IMG/VR virus record: IMGVR_UViG_3300037454_000974 | Span: 1,688 to 65,687 of that record | Reading direction: 5' to 3' (one strand) | Source: a virus | Lineage: Duplodnaviria > Caudoviricetes | Length of the DNA: 64,000 nt | Part shown: positions 19,857-30,890 of the stretch, one piece after another | Layout: each line of letters starts with the position of its first letter | How positions within the stretch are numbered: the stretch's first letter is position 1 | Translations under genes and position numbers: made by a program | The notes under the pieces: model-generated | What the model was told of the DNA's origin: nothing | The model's database searches: none | Seen by the model: the letters and a program-made list of their open reading frames with translations, nothing else

Positions 19857-21545
19857 ATGTATACCTTTAGTAAACTTATTAAAAAAGCAAAAGAAATACA
19901 TGGCGATAAGTACGTCTATGACGAAAGTACTTATGTTAAAGTTACCGAAAAAATGAAAATCATTTGTCCGGTGCATGGAGAATTTTGGCAAAGTATGCAT
20001 TGTCATATAGGTAAAAGACAAGGCTGTCCAAAATGCGGAAAAGAAAAGCCGCGCAAGAAATTTACACATAGAGGTAAAATTACGTCAGAAGATTTTATTG
20101 AACTTTGTCGAGAAAAATTCGGTGATAAATTTCAATATGAATTATCAAACTTTAAAAATGTCCTATCTGAGATAAAAGTTATTTGTCCTGAACATGGAGA
20201 AACGATTCAAAAAGCAATAGTGCATTTAAATAGCAAATATGGATGCCCACAATGTGCAAATGCTGCTATTTCTAAAAACAATCTTTACACAACAGAAGAA
20301 TTTATTAGAAAAGCAAAAGAAATACACGGAGACAAATATGATTATTCGAAAGTAAAATATGTTAATATACAAACGCCTGTTACTATTATTTGTAAAATTC
20401 ATGGCGAATTTAAACAAACTCCCACAAATCATTTAACTGGATGTGGCTGCCAAAAATGTGCCATAGAACGAACCAATATCGCTAATCGTTCAAATATTGA
20501 AGAATTTATAGAAAAAGCAAATAAAATTCACAATTTTAAATATGACTATACAGAAGCAGAATATGGCGGAAACCAAATAAAAATGGCTATTAAATGCCCG
20601 ATTCATGGAGTATTTCTTCAAGATCCTTCACACCATCTTCAAGGAGAAGGCTGCCCAAAATGCGGCAATCAATTATCTAATGCTGAGAATGATATTTATA
20701 ATTTCTGTTGTGACATTTTAGGAAAAGAAAACGTAATTCAACATGAAAATTTCACAATCAGGCCTTATCAAATAGATGTTTATATCCCTTCTTTAAAAAT
20801 CGGTATTGAATATAATGGCTTATATTGGCATGGTGAAAAGTTTGGGAAAGGTAAAAATTATCACCTCAATAAAACGTTAGCATGCGAAAAAAAAGGAATA
20901 CGTCTTATTCAAATTTTCGAAGATGAATATTTAAATCATAAGAAAATCGTATTTTCTAAACTAAAACATATTTTTCAAAAAGATTATGATCTTTCAAAAA
21001 TTTATGCTAGAAAATGTATAGTTACTGAAATAAAACGAAAAGACGCGGCGGCTTTTTTAGAAGAAAATCATATACAAGGTTCCGCCAATTCTACAGTTTA
21101 TCTTGGGTGTTTCAACAATGAGAAACTAGTTAGTGTTATGTCATTTAAAAGGACAAAAAATAAATGGGAGTTAACAAGATATGCGTCTGATATAAACATG
21201 CGTTGTGTCGGCGTTGCGGGAAAAATGCTTTCATATTTTATTAAAAACTATCACCCGAAAGAAATAAAATCATTTGCTGATAGAAGATGGACATCACTCA
21301 ATAGTAATCTTTATGATGAAATAGGCTTTAAGCAAGATAGTATTCTTTCTCCCGATTACCGTTACTATAAACGCGAAGATGGCCCGAATAGATTTCATAA
21401 ATTTGGATTTAGAAAAAAACTACTTCATAACAAATATAATTTACCGCTTACCATGACAGAGAATGAAATGGTAAACCAACTTGGCTATCAAAAAATATGG
21501 GATTGCGGACTTATTAAATATATTTATAAAATAAAAGAAGGGTGA
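19857..21545 (+). CDS. Free-standing homing-endonuclease-like protein (repeated CPxHG/GCPKC zinc modules, Vsr-like nuclease, Hef-like C-terminus)
   Basis: Four CP/CKxHG...GCPKC-type repeats; IDVYIPSLKIGIEYNGLYWH; FLEENHIQG...SFADRRW; own TATATTTG box at 19844-19851. Confidence 0.75.
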   Translation: MYTFSKLIKKAKEIHGDKYVYDESTYVKVTEKMKIICPVHGEFWQSMHCHIGKRQGCPKCGKEKPRKKFTHRGKITSEDFIELCREKFGDKFQYELSNFKNVLSEIKVICPEHGETIQKAIVHLNSKYGCPQCANAAISKNNLYTTEEFIRKAKEIHGDKYDYSKVKYVNIQTPVTIICKIHGEFKQTPTNHLTGCGCQKCAIERTNIANRSNIEEFIEKANKIHNFKYDYTEAEYGGNQIKMAIKCPIHGVFLQDPSHHLQGEGCPKCGNQLSNAENDIYNFCCDILGKENVIQHENFTIRPYQIDVYIPSLKIGIEYNGLYWHGEKFGKGKNYHLNKTLACEKKGIRLIQIFEDEYLNHKKIVFSKLKHIFQKDYDLSKIYARKCIVTEIKRKDAAAFLEENHIQGSANSTVYLGCFNNEKLVSVMSFKRTKNKWELTRYASDINMRCVGVAGKMLSYFIKNYHPKEIKSFADRRWTSLNSNLYDEIGFKQDSILSPDYRYYKREDGPNRFHKFGFRKKLLHNKYNLPLTMTENEMVNQLGYQKIWDCGLIKYIYKIKEG

Positions 21546-21614
21546 AAAATTACCCTCAATTTTTATCTATAAGCAGTAAAACTTCAGTATAACAAATAAT
21601 TATCTAACGGTAAC

Positions 21615-21652
21615 AAAAAGAGGGGCGATAAAAATCGTCCCTCAATCTTTTT
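21615..21652. terminator. Bidirectional terminator between endonuclease and sheath genes
   Basis: gaggggcgat/atcgtccctc stem flanked by A and T runs. Confidence 0.65.
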
Positions 21653-21664
21653 ATATAAATTCGT

Positions 21665-24655
21665 TTAGAATTTAATATCTTCAAACCTGATACCCTGAGG
21701 AGTAACAACGTAATTAATTTCGATGTATTCCAAAGTAGGAGTCGGTTTAACGAACAATGCGCAACTTAATTCATGAAGGTCCATTTGTTCAGGAGTCTGT
21801 GAAATATCGAGTTTGTAATCAGTGATTCCTCTATCCTTCTTGATTTGCTTCAAAATAGGCTCGATTATCTTTCTGTATTCATCTGCCAATGTTTCATCAT
21901 TAGGATCAAATATCAGATTACGAGAAGACTGATTAACAAGTTTACGCATGTAAAGCACGCAACGAACAGTGTTAACCCTATTCATCGGATTTGTCTCATC
22001 ACAGATATACATTGTCTTGTTACCCCAAACTCTTACGCCTTCCTGAGAATAGTTGATAAGCGGATTAATTCTGCCATCGTAAGCATTATCCCTATCTTCA
22101 ATAGTTGAAGGAGTGTGGAGTTTAGTGCAATCAACCTTACCACGTTCCATACCTGCAGGTGCTATCCACGGGAAACGCTTGTCATCGACTTCAGCCATGT
22201 TACGAAGTACGTCCTTTGTAGCAGGAAGATTGATATACATACTGTTTTCGCTGTCAAAGTATTTAACCCAAGGATAATATGTAGCAGCAAAGTAAGTATC
22301 TATGTTAGTTGACTCAAGATTTTCAGCGGCTTCAGCGGCAGTAAACATTTCTGCGGCATCGTCGCTTGCACCCCAAGGCTTATCCGGAGTAGTCGGAACA
22401 TAGAGAGTATCGCGCCTACTTTCAATTACGTCAATTGCGTCTTCTACCAACAATGTGTTATTCACATAGTCAATACCAGGAGTTGCAAACAAGTTAATTT
22501 CAATCTCAGTTGGATTAATAAACTCGTTAATACCGGCGAGATATGCGTAATAGTCAGAAGTTATGCAGTTACCTGAAAGAGCAAGACCTTCTTTACCTGA
22601 AATCTTTTGGAAGATTGATTTTCCGTTCTTCTGATTAACGATACCTTTATATTTTGAAGCCTTATACTTATCAGTATTAGTACGGGCGTCACGGTAAATA
22701 TCCCAACCGTCAAAACCACCGCACGGGTAAACCGTGAATTTACGCGCTCTGACGTTTTCGTATATAGTACCTGCCATGTTGGCTTCTGAACTGATATTAG
22801 GAATCTTTGAACTTCCTTCCAAGGTATTATCTATACTAACTGTTTGCCATGTCATACCAGTGTATTCCTCACCATCAATGGTTACAGTGGTTGTTGCAGA
22901 TTCGGCAAAATAGCCAAGCATTGAATCAAGGTGGAAGGCATCAGTATAACCCTTGTTATAATCTTCTGTATAAGCATCTTTACCCTTATAATTAAAGACA
23001 TCAACATCTACGCCGACAATATCAGATAAACCAAAGTATTGACGTCTATCCTTAACTTCAGGATCCCATATAGTGTTATACTTTAAGTATGGAGAGTTTC
23101 CATTAGTGCCATAGTCGCGTACAGGGTAGCCAAGGAAGCCTGCAGGAACGCACTGTGCCGTCATTTCATTTTCTATTACTTCAACAGCAACATATTTTGA
23201 CTTGATTTCATAGGCGCCGTCAAATGTACCGATTCTTAAACCGATATAGTTAGAAGTGCCGGGAACCATAGTAAGGTTACGATAGGTTTCAAGTACGACA
23301 GGACTTGCGTCGGTGTCGTTGAAGTCTCTAATGTAAACATCAAACAAGCCTTCATCAGGTTTAATGCCTTCAATAGAAATTTTTATTTGGCTATTTGCAA
23401 AGTTACCGTCAGAAATTGTGTGGAATCTGAACAATTTCTTTACTTCAATATTATTAGGATTACCTTTGATTTCAGAAACAATCCAAGGAGTTGAAGCATA
23501 ACGATACATTTCGTGATAGTCACTTAAATCATTTGCCAATTCGCTTACCGTAGTTCCTGAAGCATAAACGTAATTTTTAATGCTTTTTACGTAAACAACG
23601 TTATAAGTGTTAGTTTCTGCGCTATCAACAAGCGTGGTTGCTGAGAGTTTAACAGCCTCAGAACCATCTTCTAAAACTTGATATTTAAACGCATTTTCGC
23701 CATTCTTTTCTACTTTTACAATAGATAACGGTGTTATTGAACTATCAGCTAAAGTTGCTTCTCCGGAATTATAGAGATACAATTTACCGAGTTCCTTTTT
23801 AGTTAATTCACTTTCAGGAACGGCATAGCCCTCAACTTTAACTTCGTTTCCATTTACATAGATAGGTTTGTAATCAACAGGTTTTACAACTGCAACTGTT
23901 TGAGATATCTCTGTAATTTTGCCTTTATCTATTGCGTCAGCAAGCATTACATCGTATAACTCCTCAACAAAAACAGCAGCGCTTCCTTCGCCTGCGTTAC
24001 CACCGATTACATTATAGATATAATCTTTATCGCCTGCATTAAGAGAAACGGGATATTCTCCAATAGTGTCATTACCTTTCTTAGCTACAATTGTGAAACG
24101 CCCAAGGTTAAGTGAGTTCACGGTAAAGCCTTCTCCTTCCGTAGGAATAGTTGATTCACCACAAGTCTTGTAAAGGTTTGCTGAATAATATTGCTTCAAT
24201 TCTATCTTGTCGCATTTAAATTCCAAAGACTCAGCATCTACTGTATCACAGGAAATGGTTTCTGACTTTTTTCCGTATTCTGCTCTTGCACGAAGCACAG
24301 CAATAACGGTTCCGTCAGTTCCTTTAATTAAGAATGCAGGACCTGCATTGTAGCCACTAAGTCCGAGAACACGGCAAACATAAAGCTGATCGGAAGCCTT
24401 AAGATATTCTTTTGCTATGTAAGAAAGTTCAAACTTAGGATATTGGCTACCTTTGAACTTCTTGGTATTTCTACCGCCAAAGTAGTCAACGTACTCTCCC
24501 CATTTGGAAACCTTAATAGGCTGGAAAGCCGGACCTTTAATAGTCTCACCAACCAAAGCGGCAGTAGTAATACCCATGGTATTGGCTGCGTAGGAAAGAT
24601 CCGTTATCTTGTCAAAGATTCCGGGGCTTGAATGTGTTCCTCTAATTTTTCCCAT
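21665..24655 (-). CDS. Tail sheath protein (T4 gp18-like)
   Basis: 996 aa; N-terminal SPG, ALVGETIKGPAF; C-terminal WIAPAGMERG, RINP, VWGNKT, IFDPND, LEYIEINYVV. Confidence 0.9.
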   Translation of the reverse strand: MGKIRGTHSSPGIFDKITDLSYAANTMGITTAALVGETIKGPAFQPIKVSKWGEYVDYFGGRNTKKFKGSQYPKFELSYIAKEYLKASDQLYVCRVLGLSGYNAGPAFLIKGTDGTVIAVLRARAEYGKKSETISCDTVDAESLEFKCDKIELKQYYSANLYKTCGESTIPTEGEGFTVNSLNLGRFTIVAKKGNDTIGEYPVSLNAGDKDYIYNVIGGNAGEGSAAVFVEELYDVMLADAIDKGKITEISQTVAVVKPVDYKPIYVNGNEVKVEGYAVPESELTKKELGKLYLYNSGEATLADSSITPLSIVKVEKNGENAFKYQVLEDGSEAVKLSATTLVDSAETNTYNVVYVKSIKNYVYASGTTVSELANDLSDYHEMYRYASTPWIVSEIKGNPNNIEVKKLFRFHTISDGNFANSQIKISIEGIKPDEGLFDVYIRDFNDTDASPVVLETYRNLTMVPGTSNYIGLRIGTFDGAYEIKSKYVAVEVIENEMTAQCVPAGFLGYPVRDYGTNGNSPYLKYNTIWDPEVKDRRQYFGLSDIVGVDVDVFNYKGKDAYTEDYNKGYTDAFHLDSMLGYFAESATTTVTIDGEEYTGMTWQTVSIDNTLEGSSKIPNISSEANMAGTIYENVRARKFTVYPCGGFDGWDIYRDARTNTDKYKASKYKGIVNQKNGKSIFQKISGKEGLALSGNCITSDYYAYLAGINEFINPTEIEINLFATPGIDYVNNTLLVEDAIDVIESRRDTLYVPTTPDKPWGASDDAAEMFTAAEAAENLESTNIDTYFAATYYPWVKYFDSENSMYINLPATKDVLRNMAEVDDKRFPWIAPAGMERGKVDCTKLHTPSTIEDRDNAYDGRINPLINYSQEGVRVWGNKTMYICDETNPMNRVNTVRCVLYMRKLVNQSSRNLIFDPNDETLADEYRKIIEPILKQIKKDRGITDYKLDISQTPEQMDLHELSCALFVKPTPTLEYIEINYVVTPQGIRFEDIKF

Positions 24656-24734
24656 ATTTTTATTTTATTTAATTCTGTTATTTTTAGATAAATACTTTTT
24701 TTTCTATAAAAGTTGATTTACCAGTATTTAATAT

Positions 24735-25841
24735 TTAATTTTCTGAAGAAATTTTATCCGAAACCGGTGTTTCCGAAATAGAATTAGGATTATAGCCGGT
24801 TAAAATCATCACTGATTTGGAATTATTTATTTTACGCTGTATAGAAATTTTTACCTCAGAATCTTTTGCTAAAATCATCGGCGCCGCGTTTCCAAGATTT
24901 TCGTCATTTGATGAGATTGAAAACTTATCGGTTTTGATATTAAAGATTTCTATTTTTTCTACAACAAAATCTATATCGATAGTAAATTTTGATTTGTTGC
25001 AGTTAACGGGAAAATCTATTGTCAAAACTGCTTTTTGATAATCTTTAATACTTTCTCCCTCTGGTTCATCAATTTCCACATCGGGCTTTATAATATTCAT
25101 GATCGGAATGTTTACTTCGGCTTTTAATGGTAATTCCTCTGAACGATAATCGTCTTTTGTAATTATATAACCCATGGCTTTTATTTCAAAAGTTTGTGCA
25201 TAAAACTGCCTGTCGTCAATATTGTATTGAGAAGAGTCATTTATGCTTTCCAAAGTCATCGGAATATAATGTCCGTTAGGACAAATATATGCTTGCCGTG
25301 CGGCAAAGGCTTTATTCATCAAAGTATTAAAATCATTAAGATCAGTAAACCTTGTTGAGAATATTGAAACTTTGTATATAAAATCCACTGCAACGGGCTG
25401 CCTCATCTTAAGAATAAGTAAAGATTCGCTGCCATTATCGTCAAGCACACGTTTTTTCTTCATTGTGTAAAACCTGTCGCCTGGGATATTCCATAATCCA
25501 CTCTGTATTTTACCGCTTTCGGGGTTATTGTTTCTTGTAATAGTCTTGAAGTTAAGCAAAAGGTTGTTGTTTTTATCAAGATATTTCCAACTTTGTGAAT
25601 ATTCTGAAAATCTTTGATTACTGAATAATGACATCGTAGGATATTTATTCCCGTTTTCGTCAATGATTTCTAATTTTTCAATCCAGTCTTTAAACGCTTT
25701 ATCAATATCCTCATATGTTAATGTTTTAGGGAAAAAAGTGCCGCCCTCGAGTATTCCTTTAAGAGTCTCGAGCCGTCTTTCATCGCCAACTTTTTCTTTA
25801 TGAAGATGTAGAAAATTAAGATTTCTTTTTATGTTTTGCAT
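24735..25841 (-). CDS. Neck/tail-completion protein (gp15-like, tentative)
   Basis: 368 aa beta-rich ORF between neck and sheath genes; PVAVDFIYKVSIF and PMTLESINDSS segments. Confidence 0.5.
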   Translation of the reverse strand: MQNIKRNLNFLHLHKEKVGDERRLETLKGILEGGTFFPKTLTYEDIDKAFKDWIEKLEIIDENGNKYPTMSLFSNQRFSEYSQSWKYLDKNNNLLLNFKTITRNNNPESGKIQSGLWNIPGDRFYTMKKKRVLDDNGSESLLILKMRQPVAVDFIYKVSIFSTRFTDLNDFNTLMNKAFAARQAYICPNGHYIPMTLESINDSSQYNIDDRQFYAQTFEIKAMGYIITKDDYRSEELPLKAEVNIPIMNIIKPDVEIDEPEGESIKDYQKAVLTIDFPVNCNKSKFTIDIDFVVEKIEIFNIKTDKFSISSNDENLGNAAPMILAKDSEVKISIQRKINNSKSVMILTGYNPNSISETPVSDKISSEN

Positions 25842-26380
25842 TATAAATTAGCAGTTTCAGTTACATCACTTACAACCGTACAAACTACATTTCTGTAATA
25901 AGGAACGGTACCCCATAATGTGTGGGCATTATCATAATTCACTCTGCCGTCGTCGGCAACAATGAAATATTCCATATGTTCCGGAGTTACCTGCACTCCA
26001 ATATAATCTCCCCTCTTTATATCGCAATCGTTTTCTTCAAGTTCTTTTTCAAATATAGAAAACGTAAGTTTACCGAGTTTGACGTAATAGCCTTTCAAAA
26101 CGTTTGTGTCATACGTTTTTAATTCAGGTTTATCTATTTTATAAAGGACATTAAGTTCGACGGGGGTTTTGAATTTAAGATTTTTAAAATTGGCTTCTTT
26201 GTATATGTCGTCAATTTTTGTACGCTCCCTATCCACTTCATAGAGGACTACGGTTTGGTTAAGTACCCTGAGGTATTCCATACCCATAGAAACTTGAAGG
26301 TTCACCTGGTCTTGTGACGTAAACACATTATTTCTGTTAATTGGGTTCTTTCTTTTAATATTTTCGGTACTTAATTCCAT
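25841..26380 (-). CDS. Neck/head-closure protein (gp14-like, tentative)
   Basis: VLYEVD...DDIYKEA...IKRGDYIG...YFIVADDG motifs; position. Confidence 0.5.
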   Translation of the reverse strand: MELSTENIKRKNPINRNNVFTSQDQVNLQVSMGMEYLRVLNQTVVLYEVDRERTKIDDIYKEANFKNLKFKTPVELNVLYKIDKPELKTYDTNVLKGYYVKLGKLTFSIFEKELEENDCDIKRGDYIGVQVTPEHMEYFIVADDGRVNYDNAHTLWGTVPYYRNVVCTVVSDVTETANL

Positions 26381-26453
26381 TTTAACAATATTTATTCATA
26401 AATACCTTGGTTATATCAATAAAAGACAATATATTTGCAGTAAAATTAAGAAT

Positions 26454-27602
26454 ATGAATAAAGAAGCAAAACAACAGCTTGCAGAAATGCAACTCCTTAT
26501 GGAGAGAATGGATAGTCACATGACAAAAAGTCAAGTTGACAAAAGAACTGAGTTGATTAAAGAGTCAATTTATGAGGCTGACAATATAGGACGTATACAG
26601 CCCACCTCAATTGACGACTTATTAAGTAACTACGAGATTAAGCCCGGCGATTTTGTAAGTGTTGGTTATATTAAGCCGTATCCGTTAAGAAAGGTTTATC
26701 CAACATCGCCAGAACTAAAGTGGGGTAAAAACAAAGACTTAGATTATAAGACTTATTTTTCACAAATAAAAGGCGGTATTGATCCTAATTCTCCCGTATA
26801 CAGTAAGCTTGATGCAATGGAAAAAAATCCCGAGTTCACCAATCCAACGGGAAAACCATATAGAAAAATAAATTCAATGAATAACGTTGGATTTAACAGC
26901 GTCATTAAATCTTGTCACTATACTATAAACTGGCAAACACAAGATGGGTATTCAGAAACATATCAAAAATTAAGGGTAAATCCTGAAAATGATCTTCGTA
27001 CCCGTTTTAATATTGATAAAGACTTGATGATGTCATATCCGGCAGATGATTGGAGGCGAAAATATGCTGAAAGGCCTCATGATGATGACGATCCTAATGA
27101 CAAAGATAACGGTTATCAGAGAGAACCGGCAACAACGGCGCCTCTTTACACTCACGCCAATAAAGATGGTGTAACCAATAGATATTTAAGACTTATTAGA
27201 GATAAAGTGAACCCTAAAACAACATATTATTTAGTTGATAGTAATGGCGACATAGATGATGTTGAGGTAAGTCTTGCAAAACTTATGAGCAATATAACCG
27301 ATAAGTCTTATAAAAAAGAAACCGATAAAATTACAGCCGAAACAAGCCAAGATGAAGCAGAATTTTTACGTGAACTTGAAAAAATTAAAGAAAGTACACG
27401 CTTCAAATTTAATACTATGTTGTTGCAAAATATAGCCTTCATTATTGGTTTTGCTAAAAATATAAGAACTGGACAACAAGAAAAATTCAGATGGATAAAC
27501 AGTAATATTGATTTGGAAGGTGCAGGCCTTGATCCAAATACAAAAAATCAAATTATTCAAAAAGAATACGACGCTGCAAAGAAAGATTTGCCAAATTTCT
27601 AA
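26454..27602 (+). CDS. Hypothetical protein
   Basis: 382 aa ORF with TATATTTG box upstream. Confidence 0.65.
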   Translation: MNKEAKQQLAEMQLLMERMDSHMTKSQVDKRTELIKESIYEADNIGRIQPTSIDDLLSNYEIKPGDFVSVGYIKPYPLRKVYPTSPELKWGKNKDLDYKTYFSQIKGGIDPNSPVYSKLDAMEKNPEFTNPTGKPYRKINSMNNVGFNSVIKSCHYTINWQTQDGYSETYQKLRVNPENDLRTRFNIDKDLMMSYPADDWRRKYAERPHDDDDPNDKDNGYQREPATTAPLYTHANKDGVTNRYLRLIRDKVNPKTTYYLVDSNGDIDDVEVSLAKLMSNITDKSYKKETDKITAETSQDEAEFLRELEKIKESTRFKFNTMLLQNIAFIIGFAKNIRTGQQEKFRWINSNIDLEGAGLDPNTKNQIIQKEYDAAKKDLPNF

Positions 27603-27688
27603 AACAGCAACAGCCCGCTCTCTACTTATAGTAGATAGCTCACAGAGGTTTCGGACGCTGAACCAGTCAATCAGCGTTTAAAAAATAA

Positions 27689-27715
27689 CCGCAGGCTTTT
27701 CAGTCTGCGGCTTTT
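27689..27715 (+). terminator. Intrinsic terminator
   Basis: ccgcaggc-ttttca-gtctgcgg followed by T run. Confidence 0.65.
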
Positions 27716-27780
27716 ATATTTTATTTTTTATAAATACATTATAATCATTGAAAAATTAAATATTTTTAGTAGATTTATAT

Positions 27781-29784
27781 TTGATGGCAAGTGTTAAACG
27801 TACAACAGAAACGCTTGATATACTGAAATCATATCAAGGCGAAAATCCGTATATTCTTACTTTGAAACGCGACGTTTGTATAAATGGGCGCGAGATAAGT
27901 GATTTTATATGTGTTTATGTTTTACGTAACCACCAAATTAAGCCAAAACATATTGATAAAATCATACGCATCGCCGATTGGTACGGCGAAAGCCGACAGA
28001 AGGAATTAGAGATTGATTTTACGCCGAAAAAGTTAAAGATAATAACTTATTTAGGTGATACTCCAACTTCATATCACTGTTTTGTACAATATCGTAAATC
28101 CGTGGAGCCTGCGATGTGGTTTATACCCAAAAAAGCGGTGCTTACTAATTTCTTAGTCGAAGATTATAGTAAAATTGAAGTGGATTTCGACAGATATGAT
28201 AGGCTGTCAAATTTTCAACGCATATTGTTTGATCATCAAAAGGAGGCAGTTAAGTTCTTATTGTCTCGTAAGAAGTGTATTTTAGCGGATACTATGGGGT
28301 TGGGCAAGACAACGGCAATTTCTGTAGCAGCAATTGAAGGAAATTTTGATTCCGTTCTTGTGGTTTGTCCTGCTTCTCTTAAAGGTAATTGGAAACGTGA
28401 ATTGTCATTTTATATTCCTGAGAAAGATATCACGATAATTGATAGATTTGACGATAAAACTAAGGCGGAACTTGAAGAATTCTTGGGATACGCACCGGGT
28501 AAGTCAAATATGAAGCGTGACGAACTTCTTGCTGAAGCAAAAGCACGTGGACAATGGAAGTTTAACCGTTTTGTCATCATTAACTATGATATTCTTGACA
28601 AATTCTTTGTTGCAAAACGGACTTATACACAAAAGCAATTTGATGAAATGCTTGAACAAAGCCCGTTGCTTCAATTTATTCATAATAGAAAATCTCTTGT
28701 CATCATAGACGAGGCACATGAGCTATCGAGTTCAAAATCAATACGTTACAAAACTATACGTGGGCTTATACGTAAGGGAAATCCCAATAGTATATATCTC
28801 GCCACGGGCACGCCGATAACCAATAATCCCGCCAATTTCTTTTGTGTTCTTAATCTTATCGAAAATGAAATAACGGGGGATTGGGAATACTATATGAAGC
28901 ACTACTGCGGCGCCATTGAATTATTTAAAGATAAAGCAGAGCGCGATAGGTGGACAAGGGTTTATCTTGATGAACATAAAAAGAAATCGTGGTACGACTT
29001 AAACAGTGAAGAGAAACAGGATTTAAACAAATTCCTTCGTGAACATTGTGAATATAATATTATTCCCAAAGATCCTATGAATCTTGATGAATTAAGCGAG
29101 CGTGTATCGCATATCTATCTTAGACGAGAGAAGGATATTCTTACGTTGCCGAATAAAACTGTTCATGAAATATATTATGAACTTAGTAAAGAACAACGCC
29201 AAGAATATGAAAAACTTTGGGAAAAATATGAGGCTGAAAAGAAAAACGAGGAACCCGAAAAAGAATTAAACAAAAACCTTTTAGAGGGTGCCATTTATCG
29301 TCAATATCTTTCAAGAGAAATGGTTCCTCATACAATTAAACTTGCAGAAGAAATAATTGGAAGGGGTGAAAAAGTTGTTATTGCTTGTTGTTATGATGAA
29401 GAACTTTATACCTTACAAGAATATTTTGGCGATAAATGTGTTATCTATAATGGTAAAATGTCATTAAAAGAAAAAGATAATGCTATTGCTAAATTTATGA
29501 CAGATGACAGCATTATGGTGTTCATCGGTAATATAGATGCAAGTTCAGTAGGTATAACGCTTATCAGTTCTCACAATTTAATATTTAATGATTTCTCTTA
29601 TGTAGAAGTTCAAAATAGCCAAATGAGTGATAGAGTCCATCGTATTGGGCAAAAGAAAGACGTTGATATTTATTATCAACTATTTAGAGATACACAATAT
29701 GAGCGAATGTGGGAGATAACGTTAAGAAAAAAGATAATCGCGGAAACCGTAATCAGAAAGGAAGATGATAAGAAATATAGTTGA
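27781..29784 (+). CDS. SNF2-family (SMARCAL1/HARP-like) helicase
   Basis: HQKEAV, ILADTMGLGKT, IIDEAH, LATGTP, QMSDRVHRIGQ. Confidence 0.9.
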   Translation: MMASVKRTTETLDILKSYQGENPYILTLKRDVCINGREISDFICVYVLRNHQIKPKHIDKIIRIADWYGESRQKELEIDFTPKKLKIITYLGDTPTSYHCFVQYRKSVEPAMWFIPKKAVLTNFLVEDYSKIEVDFDRYDRLSNFQRILFDHQKEAVKFLLSRKKCILADTMGLGKTTAISVAAIEGNFDSVLVVCPASLKGNWKRELSFYIPEKDITIIDRFDDKTKAELEEFLGYAPGKSNMKRDELLAEAKARGQWKFNRFVIINYDILDKFFVAKRTYTQKQFDEMLEQSPLLQFIHNRKSLVIIDEAHELSSSKSIRYKTIRGLIRKGNPNSIYLATGTPITNNPANFFCVLNLIENEITGDWEYYMKHYCGAIELFKDKAERDRWTRVYLDEHKKKSWYDLNSEEKQDLNKFLREHCEYNIIPKDPMNLDELSERVSHIYLRREKDILTLPNKTVHEIYYELSKEQRQEYEKLWEKYEAEKKNEEPEKELNKNLLEGAIYRQYLSREMVPHTIKLAEEIIGRGEKVVIACCYDEELYTLQEYFGDKCVIYNGKMSLKEKDNAIAKFMTDDSIMVFIGNIDASSVGITLISSHNLIFNDFSYVEVQNSQMSDRVHRIGQKKDVDIYYQLFRDTQYERMWEITLRKKIIAETVIRKEDDKKYS

Positions 29785-30022
29785 AAAATCGATATATGGA
29801 TTAATCAAGGCATTCTATTTTCTACGCGGACTATGGCGTCTTGTATTTAAGTTTAGAAACCAAAAGATATACCATGGCGGCGCCGCTAACTGTCAGGTTA
29901 GATACATCGGTAAACGTCAGTTTTGGGAATTACAACAAGCGGGAGGCTTAGGCTTTGAATACTACGAACAAAAATTAAAAACATACCCTATATGGCAATT
30001 AGGGCTTTTTAAATGGAGATAA
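29765..30022 (+). CDS. Small hypothetical protein
   Basis: 85 aa ORF overlapping the helicase end. Confidence 0.5.
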   Translation: MIRNIVEKSIYGLIKAFYFLRGLWRLVFKFRNQKIYHGGAANCQVRYIGKRQFWELQQAGGLGFEYYEQKLKTYPIWQLGLFKWR

Positions 30023-30025
30023 ATT

Positions 30026-30454
30026 ATGGGAAAGTTATATCTAGTATACGGCGAAAGGATTACGAAAACCCTTAATTCAAAGGGATTATACGAATATGAA
30101 CTCTACTTTTCGGAGGCACCCGAAATAGTGTGGGGTGAAGATTGGAACTCAAATTGTCCGTCGGCATGCGATCCGGAAAACATACGGCCGGATGAAACGA
30201 CTTATCAGAAAATCATGCGCGTAGAAACAGAGGTGCCGCTTAACTGTATTGGAGATAACAGCTGCTTCAGTTGTCAAGATATGATGGATCAAATAGTGGC
30301 GTGCGTGTGGGAAGATATCAGTACTTATGAAGAGTATCCTGAGCCACTAAGACTTGTTTTTAAATATGGCGAAGAATTTGAAAAAGTTGAAGCAAAATTC
30401 AAACGACGAGACATTGTATTAGATATTGAAGAAAAAGAAAAACCGCAGGAATGA
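30026..30454 (+). CDS. Hypothetical protein
   Basis: 142 aa ORF. Confidence 0.6.
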   Translation: MGKLYLVYGERITKTLNSKGLYEYELYFSEAPEIVWGEDWNSNCPSACDPENIRPDETTYQKIMRVETEVPLNCIGDNSCFSCQDMMDQIVACVWEDISTYEEYPEPLRLVFKYGEEFEKVEAKFKRRDIVLDIEEKEKPQE

Positions 30455-30470
30455 TGCCTGCGGTTACTTT

Positions 30471-30890
30471 TTAAGAAAGTTCTATTTCGCCGTTTTTTAT
30501 TTCTGTAATAAAACCTTGTTCATTTACCCATTCTTCTGTGGCATAACCGTCAAGAGAAGGAGGTTCTATACTTGCAATTGCATTATCAACATATTCTTTT
30601 GTAGGAAGAATTGAAATCGCGTTATCTACATAATCCTTTGTAGCAAAATTTTCAGTATCTTCACCTACACGTTTCAAGGCGCCACCTGAAATTATAATAT
30701 AGGCATGGACGCCATCGTTTTCCTTAACAGATATTATTTGTCCGACATATGGCGCACCTTTCGTGAGTAATCTTCCGGCAGCATAATCTTGTGCGTCTGT
30801 CAAATTTTCCCACAATGAAGAATCATCAATAGGGTTTGCATTACTTCTTCGAAATACAAAGCCAAAGTCGAGATAAGAAATATAAGCCAT
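30471..30890 (-). CDS. Tail-fibre-associated small protein
   Basis: ATKDYVDNAI/PTKEYVDNAI/ATEEWV repeats typical of fibre proteins. Confidence 0.55.
   Translation of the reverse strand: MAYISYLDFGFVFRRSNANPIDDSSLWENLTDAQDYAAGRLLTKGAPYVGQIISVKENDGVHAYIIISGGALKRVGEDTENFATKDYVDNAISILPTKEYVDNAIASIEPPSLDGYATEEWVNEQGFITEIKNGEIELS

Noticed and set aside
27603-27680. Small hairpins after gene 26454-27602 as an ncRNA or tRNA
   Set aside because: Two short stems only (ctacttatagtag, acgctga/tcagcgt), no cloverleaf or T-loop; no tRNA or rRNA recognised anywhere in the window
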